DNA of 56,792 nt from Albidovulum sp. (GTDB taxonomy: Bacteria; Pseudomonadota; Alphaproteobacteria; Rhodobacterales; Rhodobacteraceae): NCBI GenBank assembly GCA_049663365.1, contig JBATDH010000177.1, positions 1-56,792 of the forward strand, written 5' to 3'. The notes below the pieces were generated by a model that searched no databases, had not been told where the DNA came from, and saw nothing but the letters and a program-made list of their open reading frames with translations. Made by a program: the position numbers and the translations under genes. Shown piece after piece: positions 38,815 through 51,582 of the stretch; position 1 is the stretch's first letter; each line of letters begins with the position of its first letter.

Positions 38815-38849
38815 CCCGTTCACTTTGGAAAAATACCTCCGCCGGAGGC
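38815..38849. repeat. Dispersed intergenic repeat, copy 2
   Basis: CCCGTTCACTTTGGAAAAATACCTCCGCCGGAGGC. Confidence 0.75.
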
Positions 38850-38912
38850 AAACCGCACGCAGTGCAAGAAAAAATCTGCGCGGGAACCGCGCAGTCCGCA
38901 TTCTTCAAGATA

Positions 38913-39908
38913 TCAACAGGCAAACCCGGTAGCCAGCCGCAATTCGGCGGCGGCAATGCCGCGGCGGTTCAGTTGCGGGCCGGTCAGGTATCTGGCGACA
39001 ACCGGATGTACCCGGTCCAATACGCCCACACGCATCAACAGCGCCGTTATCGCCGCCTCAGAACCACGAGAGCCGCCATCGATGATCTTGACCGCGATGC
39101 CTATTTTCTTGGCCGGAACAATCGCGATGAAAACCGCTTCGGCACCGGATTTGACTGCGACCTGGCCATCCATCGCCCGCATAAACGCGGTGGAGGCGCC
39201 GGTTTCACCCGAAACCAGTTCCGGGTAAGCCGTCATTGCCCTTACCAACCGGGCAGCGGCGCGAGCCCGTGTGCCACCTTCCGGGTTGGCGGTGGCAAAG
39301 AACGCCATGGCCCTGGCAAGCCCATGAACGCTGGTGGCGAAATTCGGTGCCGAACAGCCATCGACCCCATATCCGGGCGATGCCTGACCTGTCACCTCCT
39401 CGAAGGCCGTCTTCACTGCAACCTGAACCGGGTGCGAAATATCGATGTATTCCGGCCCTGCCTTGAGATGCCGTGTCAGCGTCAGGAAACCAGAATGCTT
39501 GCCCGAGCAGTTATTGTGAATCTGGCAAGGTACGGTATCTGAACAGATCAGCCCCTTGCGCGCGGCGAAATCATCCGGCATCTGCGGACCGCAGCGCAGA
39601 TCGGCCTCTGACATTCCCAGATCGGCCAGCCACCGTGCCACGCGTTCGGTATGAATGGCCGCGCCGTTGTGGCTGGCGCAGGACAGCGCGAGTTGCTCGA
39701 CGCTCAGTCCCGCCGCATCTGCCGCCCCGCTTTCGATCAATGGCAGCGCCTGGATCATCTTGCATGACGAGCGTGGAAAAATCACCGCCTCCGGATCGCC
39801 CCAGGCCTCGACGATACCGCCTTCGGCATCGCAAATCACCGCATGACCCATATGGACGCTTTCCAGCATCCCGCCCCGCCAAAGCTCGATCATCGGAACT
39901 GCCGCCAT
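38913..39908 (-). CDS. L-asparaginase II (Rhizobium AnsA-type)
   Basis: ESVHMG, RSSCK, SH, NCSGKH, DGC, KSGAE; GGGGG RBS before MAAVP. Confidence 0.9.
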   Translation of the reverse strand: MAAVPMIELWRGGMLESVHMGHAVICDAEGGIVEAWGDPEAVIFPRSSCKMIQALPLIESGAADAAGLSVEQLALSCASHNGAAIHTERVARWLADLGMSEADLRCGPQMPDDFAARKGLICSDTVPCQIHNNCSGKHSGFLTLTRHLKAGPEYIDISHPVQVAVKTAFEEVTGQASPGYGVDGCSAPNFATSVHGLARAMAFFATANPEGGTRARAAARLVRAMTAYPELVSGETGASTAFMRAMDGQVAVKSGAEAVFIAIVPAKKIGIAVKIIDGGSRGSEAAITALLMRVGVLDRVHPVVARYLTGPQLNRRGIAAAELRLATGFAC

Positions 39909-40078
39909 GATACCCCCCTGATTGTTGCGCGATTTTCTGCCGTCGGGGCTTTCCCCACTGGACGAAATTGCGTTATGACGTGCATATCGAGTTGAAATGC
40001 GTTCGACCATGGAAAAATGCCGTCAAAGGCATTACGGAACGGACCAGAGGCAATCGGCGGCTGGAGGCTGTGGGACAG

Positions 40079-40603
40079 ATGAAATCATCACTAATTCGCG
40101 CGACATTTGGGGCAGGTCTGGCATTGGCTGTGACGGGCAGTGCAATGGCGCAGGTATCGTCGAACCGGGTCGCGACGAAAACCGATTGGAGCGTTTTTGT
40201 TGAAGAAAGCCCCAAGGAATGCTGGAGCGTTTCCGCCCCCAAGGAAACCGTCAATACCAAGGATGGCGAAGCCGTTGCTGTCCGCCGGGGTGATATTCTG
40301 CTTTTCGTGACCTTCCGGCCCAGTTCCCCCTCGGGCGAGGTGTCCTTTACCGGTGGTTATCCCTTCGCAAGCGGATCGACGGTAGAACTGGATATCGGCG
40401 GCACCAAGTTCGATATGTTTTCCGAAGGCGAATGGGCCTGGTCGTCGGCGGACGACGATGCAAAGATCGTGGCGGCGCTCAAGGCCGGTACTTCGGCGAT
40501 GATTTCGGGCCGGTCAGGGCGCGGCACAAAAACCCAGGACACCTTCTCGCTTCTGGGGGTCAGTGCCGCACTGGATGAGGCGGCAAAACGCTGCGCGGGA
40601 TAA
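40079..40603 (+). CDS. Invasion-associated locus B (IalB) family exported protein
   Basis: Signal peptide; DWSVF...KECW; SGRGTKTQDTFSLLG...AAKRC. Confidence 0.85.
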   Translation: MKSSLIRATFGAGLALAVTGSAMAQVSSNRVATKTDWSVFVEESPKECWSVSAPKETVNTKDGEAVAVRRGDILLFVTFRPSSPSGEVSFTGGYPFASGSTVELDIGGTKFDMFSEGEWAWSSADDDAKIVAALKAGTSAMISGRSGRGTKTQDTFSLLGVSAALDEAAKRCAG

Positions 40604-40645
40604 TGTTCTTCGCACGTCTCTGACGCGTTGCAAGATTGCCCTGAA

Positions 40646-43081
<2,436 letters not shown>

Positions 43082-43094
43082 TTATTTGACGCAT

Positions 43095-43146
43095 TTTATA
43101 GCGTTTTCAGCAGGGGTTGTCACGTCGAAGCCACAAGATTTAGGGG
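43095..43146 (-). promoter_or_regulatory. Putative sigma70 promoter of gyrB with adjacent NrdR-like box
   Basis: Minus strand GTGACA (43123-43118), 17 bp, TATAAA (43100-43095); CCCCTAAATCTTGTGG (43146-43131). Confidence 0.55.
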
Positions 43147-43309
43147 TTTTGGCGGTAGCGTAGACAGCCGCTCGCCACTCAGCCAATAAAATCGTTGCAA
43201 CGTCTGACTAAGGGTAGGGGCCGCGTGGCGGCTTCGCCTTGATCCCACAGGGTCTAACCTCAACTCCACAGCCAAATTTCGCTTTCAGTGAAGGGTCCTT
43301 CGACCGCAC

Positions 43310-43936
43310 TCACACCCGGACCAACCCGATCAACCCGCCGACCAGGATCAGCAGAACCCCCGCCACCTGGTTGATCCGCACCATCGTCCGGGCATTGGCC
43401 AACCGTGCCCGCGCCCGCGCCACCAGCGCCGCCAGGATAAGATTGCCGATCAGTGGCACCGTCATCGAGACCAGCGCGATCACCGCGATATCCGGGCCAG
43501 TGACATGGCGCAGGTCGAAAAACCCCGGCAACACCCCCATATAGAACAGGATCGCCTTGGGGTTGCCCATGATCACCGCAACCCCGGCCATGAAGCCCGC
43601 CCAGCGTCCGGGCCGCGTCAACCGGCTGTCGGTCGAAATCGGCTGGGCTGCATGGCGGATCAACAGCCAGCCCATGACGGCGAAAATAGCCGCGGCCACA
43701 TAGCGCATCACCGCCATGATGTGATCGACCTGATCGACCACCCAGGACAGCCCGAAAATCGCCGCCAACGGCCACAGAAAATCGCCCAGCGTCACCCCAA
43801 CGGCCAGCGGCCAGGCGCTGGCAAACCCGCCCGACAATGCCCGCGCCGTCAACGCCACCCAGACCGGACCCGGCGTGATGAACAGAATGCCCAGCGCCCC
43901 GATATAGAGCAGCAGACCAGAGAGCGTCAGGGTCAT
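43310..43936 (-). CDS. LysE/RhtB family exporter
   Basis: ITPGP and GNPKAILF motifs; about six hydrophobic helices. Confidence 0.9.
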   Translation of the reverse strand: MTLTLSGLLLYIGALGILFITPGPVWVALTARALSGGFASAWPLAVGVTLGDFLWPLAAIFGLSWVVDQVDHIMAVMRYVAAAIFAVMGWLLIRHAAQPISTDSRLTRPGRWAGFMAGVAVIMGNPKAILFYMGVLPGFFDLRHVTGPDIAVIALVSMTVPLIGNLILAALVARARARLANARTMVRINQVAGVLLILVGGLIGLVRV

Positions 43937-43937
43937 G

Positions 43938-44369
43938 TCATTTTGCTTCCGGCAATGTCAGGCTGCCATCCTCGGCCAACGGCCAGAAGGGATTCATCGC
44001 CACTTCCCAGACATGCCCGTCCGGGTCGCTGTAATATCCCGAATAGCCGCCCCAGAATACTTTCTCGGGCCGTTTCAACGCCCCCGCCCCCGCCGTCAAA
44101 GCTGCCTCATATGCCGCGTCCACCTCATCTTGGGTCGCGAAATTCTGTGCCAGCGTCATCGCCCCGGTTTCCAGCCTCACACCGGGTCTGCCCTGATCAG
44201 CCCCAAGCGCCGTCCGTCCGAACAGCCCAAGCACCGCGCCATGCATCTGATAAAACACCACCTCATCCATAGCGGTATGGGGCCGCCATCCCAGCGCCCC
44301 ATAAAATGCTTGCGACCGGGCCAGATCATCGACACCAAGGGTAATCAAGGTAACACGTTGCGGGGTCAT
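43938..44369 (-). CDS. VOC/glyoxalase family protein
   Basis: ITLGVDDL..S..FY; FWGGYSGYYSDPDGHVWE. Confidence 0.9.
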   Translation of the reverse strand: MTPQRVTLITLGVDDLARSQAFYGALGWRPHTAMDEVVFYQMHGAVLGLFGRTALGADQGRPGVRLETGAMTLAQNFATQDEVDAAYEAALTAGAGALKRPEKVFWGGYSGYYSDPDGHVWEVAMNPFWPLAEDGSLTLPEAK

Positions 44370-45481
44370 GATATGGTCCTTTCATGAATGGACGACAGGC
44401 CAGTGGTTTCGGTCACTTCCAGGAACTGCGCGCGACCAGTCAGGCCGTCGAACAGCTCTGCGCCCGTCCCGGTCATGAAAGCCTGCGCACCCATGGCGCA
44501 TATCTCATCATAGAGCGCCGTGCGGCGGTCAGCATCCAGATGCGCTGCCACCTCATCGAGCAACAGGATTGGCGGTGCCCCAAAATCCTCGGCCAAGGCA
44601 CGGCCATTGGCAAGGATCAGCGAAATCAGCAGTGCCTTTTGTTCACCCGTCGAACATTGGCCCGCCGGAACGCCCTTGGCCGTATAAGCCGCCACCAGAT
44701 CGGCCCGATGTGGCCCCACCAGCGTCCGGCCAGACGCCATATCCCGCGCCCGCCCCTCGGCGAATGCATCCGCCAGCGCGGCCACCCCCTCAGCATCGTT
44801 TTCCCCATCCGGTCCCGCTATGGCCAGACTGGCGGTCGGAAAGGCTGTCTCGGCCCCGTCCTGCGCTGCCGCAACCCGCGTCAGCGCCATCGCCCGGTTC
44901 GCCTGAATGGCCGCGCCCGCCTCGGCCATCTGGACCTCCAAAGCGCCGTACCAAGCGGGGTCGCGCACCATGTCCTTGAGCAGTCGGTTACGTTCGCGCA
45001 TGGCTTTCTCATAACTCAGCACCGCCTCGGCATGGCCCGGTTCAAAAGAAAGCGTCATCCGGTCCAGAAACCGGCGGCGGCCATCCGCGCCTTCGACCCA
45101 TAGCCGGTCCATCACCGGCACCAGCCACAACATCCGCGCGATGCGCCCCAGCGCCGCTTGTGGCGCGGCCTTGCCGTCAATCAGCACCGTTCGGGCTTGC
45201 CCCGGTTCGGCATGGGTTTCGACCTCATGGGTCTGATGCAGGCTTTCCATCTCTGCCCGCAGCTTCCACCCCAACGCCTCGGGGCGCCGTGCCAGATCCT
45301 CAGGCGATGCGCGCCGCAATCCACGGCCGGGAGACAGCAGCGACAGCGCTTCAAGAATATTGGTCTTGCCCGCGCCATTGGCCCCGAAAATGGCCACGGG
45401 CCTGCCATCGAAAGTCAGATCAGCCCGCCGATGCGACCGGAAATGCGAAAAGAACAGTGATGTGATAGCCAGTGCTGGCAC
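44366..45481 (-). CDS. recF: DNA replication/repair protein RecF
   Basis: GANGAGKTN, RRRFLD, GPHRAD, STGEQK, LLLDEVAAHLD. Confidence 0.96.
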   Translation of the reverse strand: MPALAITSLFFSHFRSHRRADLTFDGRPVAIFGANGAGKTNILEALSLLSPGRGLRRASPEDLARRPEALGWKLRAEMESLHQTHEVETHAEPGQARTVLIDGKAAPQAALGRIARMLWLVPVMDRLWVEGADGRRRFLDRMTLSFEPGHAEAVLSYEKAMRERNRLLKDMVRDPAWYGALEVQMAEAGAAIQANRAMALTRVAAAQDGAETAFPTASLAIAGPDGENDAEGVAALADAFAEGRARDMASGRTLVGPHRADLVAAYTAKGVPAGQCSTGEQKALLISLILANGRALAEDFGAPPILLLDEVAAHLDADRRTALYDEICAMGAQAFMTGTGAELFDGLTGRAQFLEVTETTGLSSIHERTIS

Positions 45482-45492
45482 GTTTTCTCGTG

Positions 45493-45526
45493 CCTTTCAT
45501 TTTGGCACAAATACCTCCGCCGGAGG
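45493..45526. repeat. Dispersed intergenic repeat, copy 3
   Basis: CCTTTCATTTTGGCACAAATACCTCCGCCGGAGGC, followed by hairpin TCCGGC-GAA-GCCGGA. Confidence 0.75.
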
Positions 45527-45545
45527 CTCCGGCGAAGCCGGATTT

Positions 45546-46664
45546 TCAGACGCGCATCGGCATGACGACATAGACCGCCGATGTGTCGCCACCTTCGCGC
45601 ATCAACGTCGGATCGCCCGAGGAATTGAACAGGAACACCGCGTTTTCGCGGTCCACCTGGCTGGCGATTTCCAGAAGGTATTTGGCGTTGAAGCCAATTT
45701 CCAGCCGTTCATCGTTGTAGGCCACGGCCAGCTCTTCTTCGGCGGCACCCGCATCGGGGGCATTGACCGAGAGAATCAGGCGGTCTTCATCCAGTTGCAG
45801 TTTCACCGCGCGCGAGCGTTCCGAAGAAACGGTAGCCACCCGGTCCACCGCCTTGGCGAATTCGGCGGCGTCCACCTCCAGCTTACGGGTGTTGCCGGTG
45901 GGGATCACTCGCGTATAGTCAGGGAATGTGCCGTCGATGACCTTCGAGGTCAGCGTGATCACCGGCGTGGCAAAGCGAATTTTGGTTTCCGACACCGAAA
46001 CCGCAATTTGCATATCGTCTTCGTCAAGTAGTTTGCGCAACTCACCAACGGTCTTGCGCGGTACGATCACGCCGGGCATGTCGGCCGCACCCTCTGGCAA
46101 GGCCGCATCAATGCGGGCCAGACGGTGACCATCGGTGGCCACGCAGCGCAGCACGGGCCCGTCTTCGCCTTTGGACACATGCATGTAGACGCCGTTCAGG
46201 TAGTACCGGGTTTCTTCCGTCGAAATGGCGAATTTCGACTTGTCGAACAGCCGCCGCAATACCGCAGCGGGAGCCGAGAAATTGGCGGCATATTCCGATG
46301 AGGCCATTACCGGAAAGTCTTCTTTCGGCAGCGTGGCCAGTGAAAAGGTCGATCTGCCGGCCTGGATCGTCAATCGGCCCGCGGCGCTATCATCGGTCAG
46401 CTGTACCAAGGCGCCATCTGGCAGTTTGCGGACAATTTCGTGCAGCATCACCGCCGAAACGGTGGTCGCGCCCGCGCGTTCCACCTGGGCCGCAGCCCGG
46501 TCAACCACCTCGATATCGAGATCGGTTGCGCGAAAACTGATACTGTCGACCTCGGCCTCAATCAGCACATTGGCCAAAATCGGAATGGTGTTGCGCCGCT
46601 CGACCACCGACTGCGCCTGACCCACCGCTTTGAGAAGCGTTGCGCGTTCGATACTGATTTTCAT
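45546..46664 (-). CDS. dnaN: DNA polymerase III beta clamp
   Basis: TIPILAN, ATDL, ATDGHRL, FPDY, VVMPMRV. Confidence 0.97.
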   Translation of the reverse strand: MKISIERATLLKAVGQAQSVVERRNTIPILANVLIEAEVDSISFRATDLDIEVVDRAAAQVERAGATTVSAVMLHEIVRKLPDGALVQLTDDSAAGRLTIQAGRSTFSLATLPKEDFPVMASSEYAANFSAPAAVLRRLFDKSKFAISTEETRYYLNGVYMHVSKGEDGPVLRCVATDGHRLARIDAALPEGAADMPGVIVPRKTVGELRKLLDEDDMQIAVSVSETKIRFATPVITLTSKVIDGTFPDYTRVIPTGNTRKLEVDAAEFAKAVDRVATVSSERSRAVKLQLDEDRLILSVNAPDAGAAEEELAVAYNDERLEIGFNAKYLLEIASQVDRENAVFLFNSSGDPTLMREGGDTSAVYVVMPMRV

Positions 46665-46779
46665 ATCCATCCCCTCGAGGTCGCCGGGAGGGGAAAGTTA
46701 TCAACTTTCTCCGCAGGCTCAAGAAATTTCGCGGAATGTCCATTGGATTGGACGGGCCGTCAAGGGCAGTTGCAGCCTC

Positions 46780-48150
46780 TCAAGCCTCCAAAAGCCGCTT
46801 GAGAAGCTCAATATCCTCTGCGAGCTGGCTGTCGGTGGCCCGCAATTCTTCAATCCTGCGGATACCGTGCATGATCGTAGTGTGATCGCGCCCGCCAAAC
46901 CGCCGTCCGATTTCCGGCAAAGACCGTGTGGTCATATGTTTGGCCAGATACATCGCAACCTGTCTCGGACGCGCAATGGTTCGAACGCGCTTGGGGCCGA
47001 TCATATCTGATAATCGGATATTGTAATGTTCCGACACTTTACGCTGAATTTCTTCAATCGTGACCTTGCGGTCTGACGCGCGCAGCACATCGGCCAGGCA
47101 ATCCTGGACCAGGTCCAGGTTAATTTCGCGGCCCACGAGGCTGGCAAAAGCAAAAAGCCGCGTCAAGGCACCTTCCAGAACCCGAACATTGGTGGTGATC
47201 CGGTGGGCCAGAAACTCCAAAACACCCGTCGCAATACTCAATCCCTGATATTGTTGCGCGAAAATTTCTGCCTTTTGCTGAAGAACGCCCAGACGCAATT
47301 CATAGTCCGTGGGATGCAGATCAACAATCAGCCCGCATTGCAGTCTGCTTTTGATCCGCTCTTCGAGATCCTTGATTTCCCCCGGTGCGCGATCGCCAGA
47401 GATGACGATCTGCCTGTTCTGGTCCACAAGCGCGTTGAAGGTATGAAAAAACTCTTCTTGGGTGGAATCCTTGCCCGCAATGAATTGTACGTCGTCGACC
47501 ATCAAGACGTCGACGGACCGGAACAATTCCTTGAAGTCCATGATCTGCCGTTCACGCAAAGCCTGCACGAAGCGGTACATGAATTGTTCGGCCGAGAGGT
47601 AAAGCACCTTCAACTCCGGTCGGCGGAGCCGGAGTTCATGCGCTATCGCGTGCATGAGATGGGTCTTGCCCAGCCCGACCCCGCCATAGAGAAACAGCGG
47701 GTTAAACGTGACCGGCCCCCCTTCGGCAACCCGGCGTGCGGCGGCATGGGCCAATTCGTTGGGCTTGCCCACAACAAAGCTATCAAAGGTAAAACGGTTA
47801 TCAAGCGGTGCACCCGGAAGAGCATCATCAGTGGCGCGACCGTTCTGCATCGATCGGGCGCTGCGTTTGCCGCGAGGCTCGACGATTTTTTCGATTGGCA
47901 CCGGCCGGGTTTGCGCCACCTGAAACTCGACACGATCGACGGCTTCTCCGGCCTTGATCAATTGCTGGCGAATCTGTTCGGCAAAATTGCGCGACACCCA
48001 GTCACGCATGAAATTGGTCGGAACATCAAAACGGGCAATACCGTTCTTCAATTCCGAAAGTTTCAGCGGCTCTATCCAAGAGGCAAAATTGTGCTTGCCC
48101 ACCACATTCAAAAGATCTTCGCGTACCCGTCCCCAGGAGTCTTCATTCAT
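46780..48150 (-). CDS. dnaA: Chromosomal replication initiator
   Basis: FNPLFLYGGVGLGKTHL, VDDVQF, RVLEGAL, GGRDHTT; start MNEDSW at 48150. Confidence 0.97.
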   Translation of the reverse strand: MNEDSWGRVREDLLNVVGKHNFASWIEPLKLSELKNGIARFDVPTNFMRDWVSRNFAEQIRQQLIKAGEAVDRVEFQVAQTRPVPIEKIVEPRGKRSARSMQNGRATDDALPGAPLDNRFTFDSFVVGKPNELAHAAARRVAEGGPVTFNPLFLYGGVGLGKTHLMHAIAHELRLRRPELKVLYLSAEQFMYRFVQALRERQIMDFKELFRSVDVLMVDDVQFIAGKDSTQEEFFHTFNALVDQNRQIVISGDRAPGEIKDLEERIKSRLQCGLIVDLHPTDYELRLGVLQQKAEIFAQQYQGLSIATGVLEFLAHRITTNVRVLEGALTRLFAFASLVGREINLDLVQDCLADVLRASDRKVTIEEIQRKVSEHYNIRLSDMIGPKRVRTIARPRQVAMYLAKHMTTRSLPEIGRRFGGRDHTTIMHGIRRIEELRATDSQLAEDIELLKRLLEA

Positions 48151-48636
48151 TTTTTGCCCACGCCCATTACCCGTCGCACAGAGCAGCCTGTGGCGACTTT
48201 CGTCTACTGCGGCGATCCGCTCGTTCTGCGCCTCGAAAGGGCAAACGGCTAACAGGCCCGGATGAAGCATTTCCGGCCATAGCCGCCCCCAAAAGGAAGC
48301 GTGGGTCATTGGACGTGGCAACAGCAGACATGACCAACAGAACCGTTGGCCGGATTTCTGCCTCTGTAGTTTGCGCAGGCGACAACCGTGCCAACGCCAC
48401 AAACAGCTCCGCAGTGCCGAGATATCGGCCCGCGTTTCGGATCTAAACGGTGTGCAGCTGCCGTCCGAACCCGAAGTTACCTTGTGTCCCCCCAAGACGA
48501 TATGAATCGCAAGAAGACGCTAGCAAGCTTGATGAGACCACTGCAACCGATCTTCGTGCTTGACTCACTCTTTGGCGCAGCGAATCCGACGGCCTGTGCA
48601 AATGGATCACAGAGGTGCTGGAAATTGCCAAAATGC

Positions 48637-48664
48637 AAAAGGACGCAACCCGAAGGTCACGTCC
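48637..48664 (-). terminator. Rho-independent terminator of rpsT
   Basis: Minus strand GGACGTGACC-TTCG-GGTTGCGTCC-TTTT. Confidence 0.85.
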
Positions 48665-48690
48665 CCAGACAAATCGAAATGGCTACCCTA

Positions 48691-48957
48691 TCAGGCAGCG
48701 AGAGCTTTGACGCGGGCCGACAGGCGCGACATTTTGCGGGCAAGAAGGTTCTTGTGCAAAACGCCTTTGGTCACGCCACGTGCCATTTCCGGCTGGGCGG
48801 CGCGCAGCGCTGCGGCCGCTGATTCCTGGTTGCCCGAGGCAATTGCCTCTTCGACTTTGCGCAGGAAGGTGCGGATGCGCGAACGGCGTGCCTTGTTGAC
48901 GGCAAAACGGCTCTCGTTCTGGCGGGCGCGTTTCTTGGATTGGGGCGTATTAGCCAT
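48691..48957 (-). CDS. rpsT: 30S ribosomal protein S20
   Basis: [13 protein letters not shown]...KGVLHKN..ARKMSRL. Confidence 0.97.
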   Translation of the reverse strand: MANTPQSKKRARQNESRFAVNKARRSRIRTFLRKVEEAIASGNQESAAAALRAAQPEMARGVTKGVLHKNLLARKMSRLSARVKALAA

Positions 48958-49051
48958 ATGTCAGTTTCCGATATCGGTGCAGGTAAATCTGAAGCCACGC
49001 TTCTAGGCCCGACTCCGCCGTAAGTCAACAAGGCTGCCACAGATTTTTGCG

Positions 49052-49828
49052 CTATTTGTCGCGAAACTGCGGCTCGCGCTTTTCCAGAAAGGCCTGCATG
49101 CCCTCTTTCTGATCTTCGGTCGAGAAAAGCGCATGGAAAACCCGACGCTCATAAAGAACGCCTTCGCGCAGTGTGGTTTCATAGCTGCGGTTCACGGCTT
49201 CCTTGGCCATCATCACGGCCAAGCTGGATTTTTCGGTAATCTTGCGGGCTGTGGCCATAGCTTCGGAAACCAGCTTGGCCGCCGGAACGATTCGACTGAC
49301 AAGACCCGAGCGCTCTGCCTCGGCGGCGTCCATAAAACGCCCCGTCAGATGCATCTCCATTGATTTGGATTTGCCAACAAAACGGGTCAGCCGCTGCGTC
49401 CCGCCAATACCGGCGACTACGCCCAGATTTATCTCGGGCTGGCCGAACTTGGCGGTGTCAGAGGCAAGGATGAAATCGCACATCATCGCCAATTCGCAAC
49501 CGCCGCCAAGCGCATAGCCGGAAACGGCGGCAATAAGCGGCTTGCGAAACCGCGCAATTGCTTCGGTAGCATCGGCAAAAAAATCTTCGCTAAAGGCATC
49601 GACAAAGCTTTTCTCCGACATTTCCTTGATGTCCGCCCCGGCGGCAAAGGCCTTTTCGGATCCGGTCAGGACCACACAGCGCACTTTGTCATTCTTGTCA
49701 GCAGCACCCAGCGCATCTGCCAGTTCGCCCATCAACTTGGTGTTGAGCGCATTAAGCGCGTCGGGGCGATTCAGTCGGATAAGGGCGACGTAATCCTGGA
49801 TTTCGACGATCAGCGTTTCATAGGCCAT
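49052..49828 (-). CDS. Enoyl-CoA hydratase
   Basis: [26 protein letters not shown]. Confidence 0.93.
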   Translation of the reverse strand: MAYETLIVEIQDYVALIRLNRPDALNALNTKLMGELADALGAADKNDKVRCVVLTGSEKAFAAGADIKEMSEKSFVDAFSEDFFADATEAIARFRKPLIAAVSGYALGGGCELAMMCDFILASDTAKFGQPEINLGVVAGIGGTQRLTRFVGKSKSMEMHLTGRFMDAAEAERSGLVSRIVPAAKLVSEAMATARKITEKSSLAVMMAKEAVNRSYETTLREGVLYERRVFHALFSTEDQKEGMQAFLEKREPQFRDK

Positions 49829-49893
49829 TTGGCAGGACCTTTCAGGCTTTCTTTGCGGGCGCGACTCCTAGCATCCTTTGGGCTGGGATCAAG

Positions 49894-50745
49894 TCATCTT
49901 TGACAGCGAGGGCAGAAGAAGGTGGACCGGCCCGATTGCGGGATACGTTCGATGATGCCCCCACAACCCACCGTGGCGCAGGTATCGCCTTCATGGTCAT
50001 AGACTTGAAACCTATGCTGAAAATAGCCCAATTCACCATCCGCCTGTCGATAGTCCCGCAGACTTGACCCCCCAGCTGAGATGGCTTCTTGCAACACATC
50101 GCGAATGATCGGCACCAGGCTGGAAATGCGTTTTGCAGAAATTTGCCCGGCCTTGCGGCGCGGATCGATTCTAGCCCGATAAAGCACTTCGCAAACATAG
50201 ATATTGCCCAATCCGGCGACCAGTCGTTGATCCAGCAGGGCCGATTTGATTGGCATCGTGCGACCGGACAGACGCTTTGACAAATAATCTTCGTGGAAGT
50301 CATTGCCCAAGGGTTCGGGTCCGATATCGCAAAGCAACCAATGGGATTCAGCCTCGGCAGTGGCCACAAGGTCCATCGCCCCAAATCGCCGCGCATCGTT
50401 GAAGGTTATGCGCGCGCCGCCCGACATATCCAGAACGACATGGTCATGTTTTGCCGGTGCCGGGTGATTATGGTGAAACACACCCATCATTTGCCCCGAA
50501 ATCAGCATTCGCCCCGACATGCCCAGATGAATCAGCAGCGTTTCACCCGTCGACAGATCAGCAAGGATGTATTTCGACCGCCGCCGCAACCGATCTACCC
50601 GCGCGCCCGTCAGACGTTCGGCCATCCGATCAGGGAACGGAAAACGCAGATCGGGCCGCCGGATATCGGCCTTTTCAATGACATGGCCTTCCATTGCCGG
50701 GACCAGCCCCGCGCGGACAGTTTCGACTTCGGGAAGCTCTGGCAT
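49894..50745 (-). CDS. mutM: Formamidopyrimidine-DNA glycosylase
   Basis: [21 protein letters not shown]-terminal Zn finger. Confidence 0.97.
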   Translation of the reverse strand: MPELPEVETVRAGLVPAMEGHVIEKADIRRPDLRFPFPDRMAERLTGARVDRLRRRSKYILADLSTGETLLIHLGMSGRMLISGQMMGVFHHNHPAPAKHDHVVLDMSGGARITFNDARRFGAMDLVATAEAESHWLLCDIGPEPLGNDFHEDYLSKRLSGRTMPIKSALLDQRLVAGLGNIYVCEVLYRARIDPRRKAGQISAKRISSLVPIIRDVLQEAISAGGSSLRDYRQADGELGYFQHRFQVYDHEGDTCATVGCGGIIERIPQSGRSTFFCPRCQR

Positions 50746-50829
50746 CTGGTCCTCGGACATTTGCGCCGCATTGTCTTGTCGGCCAAGGCTTCTATAAGGA
50801 GGTGGAGTTTAGGCAAACGGCAAGGCCCG

Positions 50830-51582
50830 ATGAGCGAGCAGCACCAAAGAACCACCCATTTCGGCTTTCGGACCGTGGCCGAGGATGACAAGGCCGGAAT
50901 GGTCCATGGCGTCTTTTCACGCGTGGCCAATCGGTATGACGTGATGAATGACGTGATGTCGGTTGGGGTTCACCGGCTCTGGAAAGATGCGATGATGGAT
51001 TGGTTGGCCCCAAGACCGGGGCAAGCCTTGCTGGACGTGGCCGGCGGAACGGGTGACATTGCCTTCCGGTTCCTGAATCGGGCGCCGGATGCCAGGGCTG
51101 TCGTGCTCGATATGACGGAATCTATGCTGATCGAAGGGCGAAAGCGGGCCGAAGGCGATGATCTGGTCGACCGGCTTGACTGGGTCGTCGGCGATGCCAT
51201 GGCCCTGCCTTTCGCGGATAACAGTTTTGACGTCTATACGATCAGTTTTGGCATTCGCAATGTGACCCGCATCGCCGATGCCCTGACCGAGGCATTTCGG
51301 GTTCTGAAACCGGGCGGGCGGTTGATGGTTCTGGAATTCAGCCAGTTGCCCAACCCGGCGATGCAATGGGCTTACGACCGCTATTCCTTCAACGTCATCC
51401 CGGTGATGGGGCAGATCGTGGCCGGAGATCGCGACAGTTATCAATATCTGGTCGAATCGATCCGCAAGTTTCCAGATCAGGAGGCCTTCGCCGCGATGAT
51501 CCGGCAGGCGGGCTTTGAACAGGTCAAATACCGCAATTTGACCCTGGGCGTCGCCGCCCTGCATTCGGGGTGGAAAATCTAG
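50830..51582 (+). CDS. ubiE: Ubiquinone/menaquinone C-methyltransferase
   Basis: [31 protein letters not shown]. Confidence 0.96.
   Translation: MSEQHQRTTHFGFRTVAEDDKAGMVHGVFSRVANRYDVMNDVMSVGVHRLWKDAMMDWLAPRPGQALLDVAGGTGDIAFRFLNRAPDARAVVLDMTESMLIEGRKRAEGDDLVDRLDWVVGDAMALPFADNSFDVYTISFGIRNVTRIADALTEAFRVLKPGGRLMVLEFSQLPNPAMQWAYDRYSFNVIPVMGQIVAGDRDSYQYLVESIRKFPDQEAFAAMIRQAGFEQVKYRNLTLGVAALHSGWKI

Noticed and set aside
43200..43305. Possible IS/MITE remnant between gyrB and lysE
   Set aside because: Single copy in the window, with no terminal inverted repeats or target duplication recognised
46671..46779. oriC near dnaA-dnaN (box-like TTATCAACT and TTCTCCGCA within a small palindrome)
   Set aside because: Only two-mismatch boxes, no box array or AT-rich unwinding element; alphaproteobacterial origins are often unlinked from dnaA
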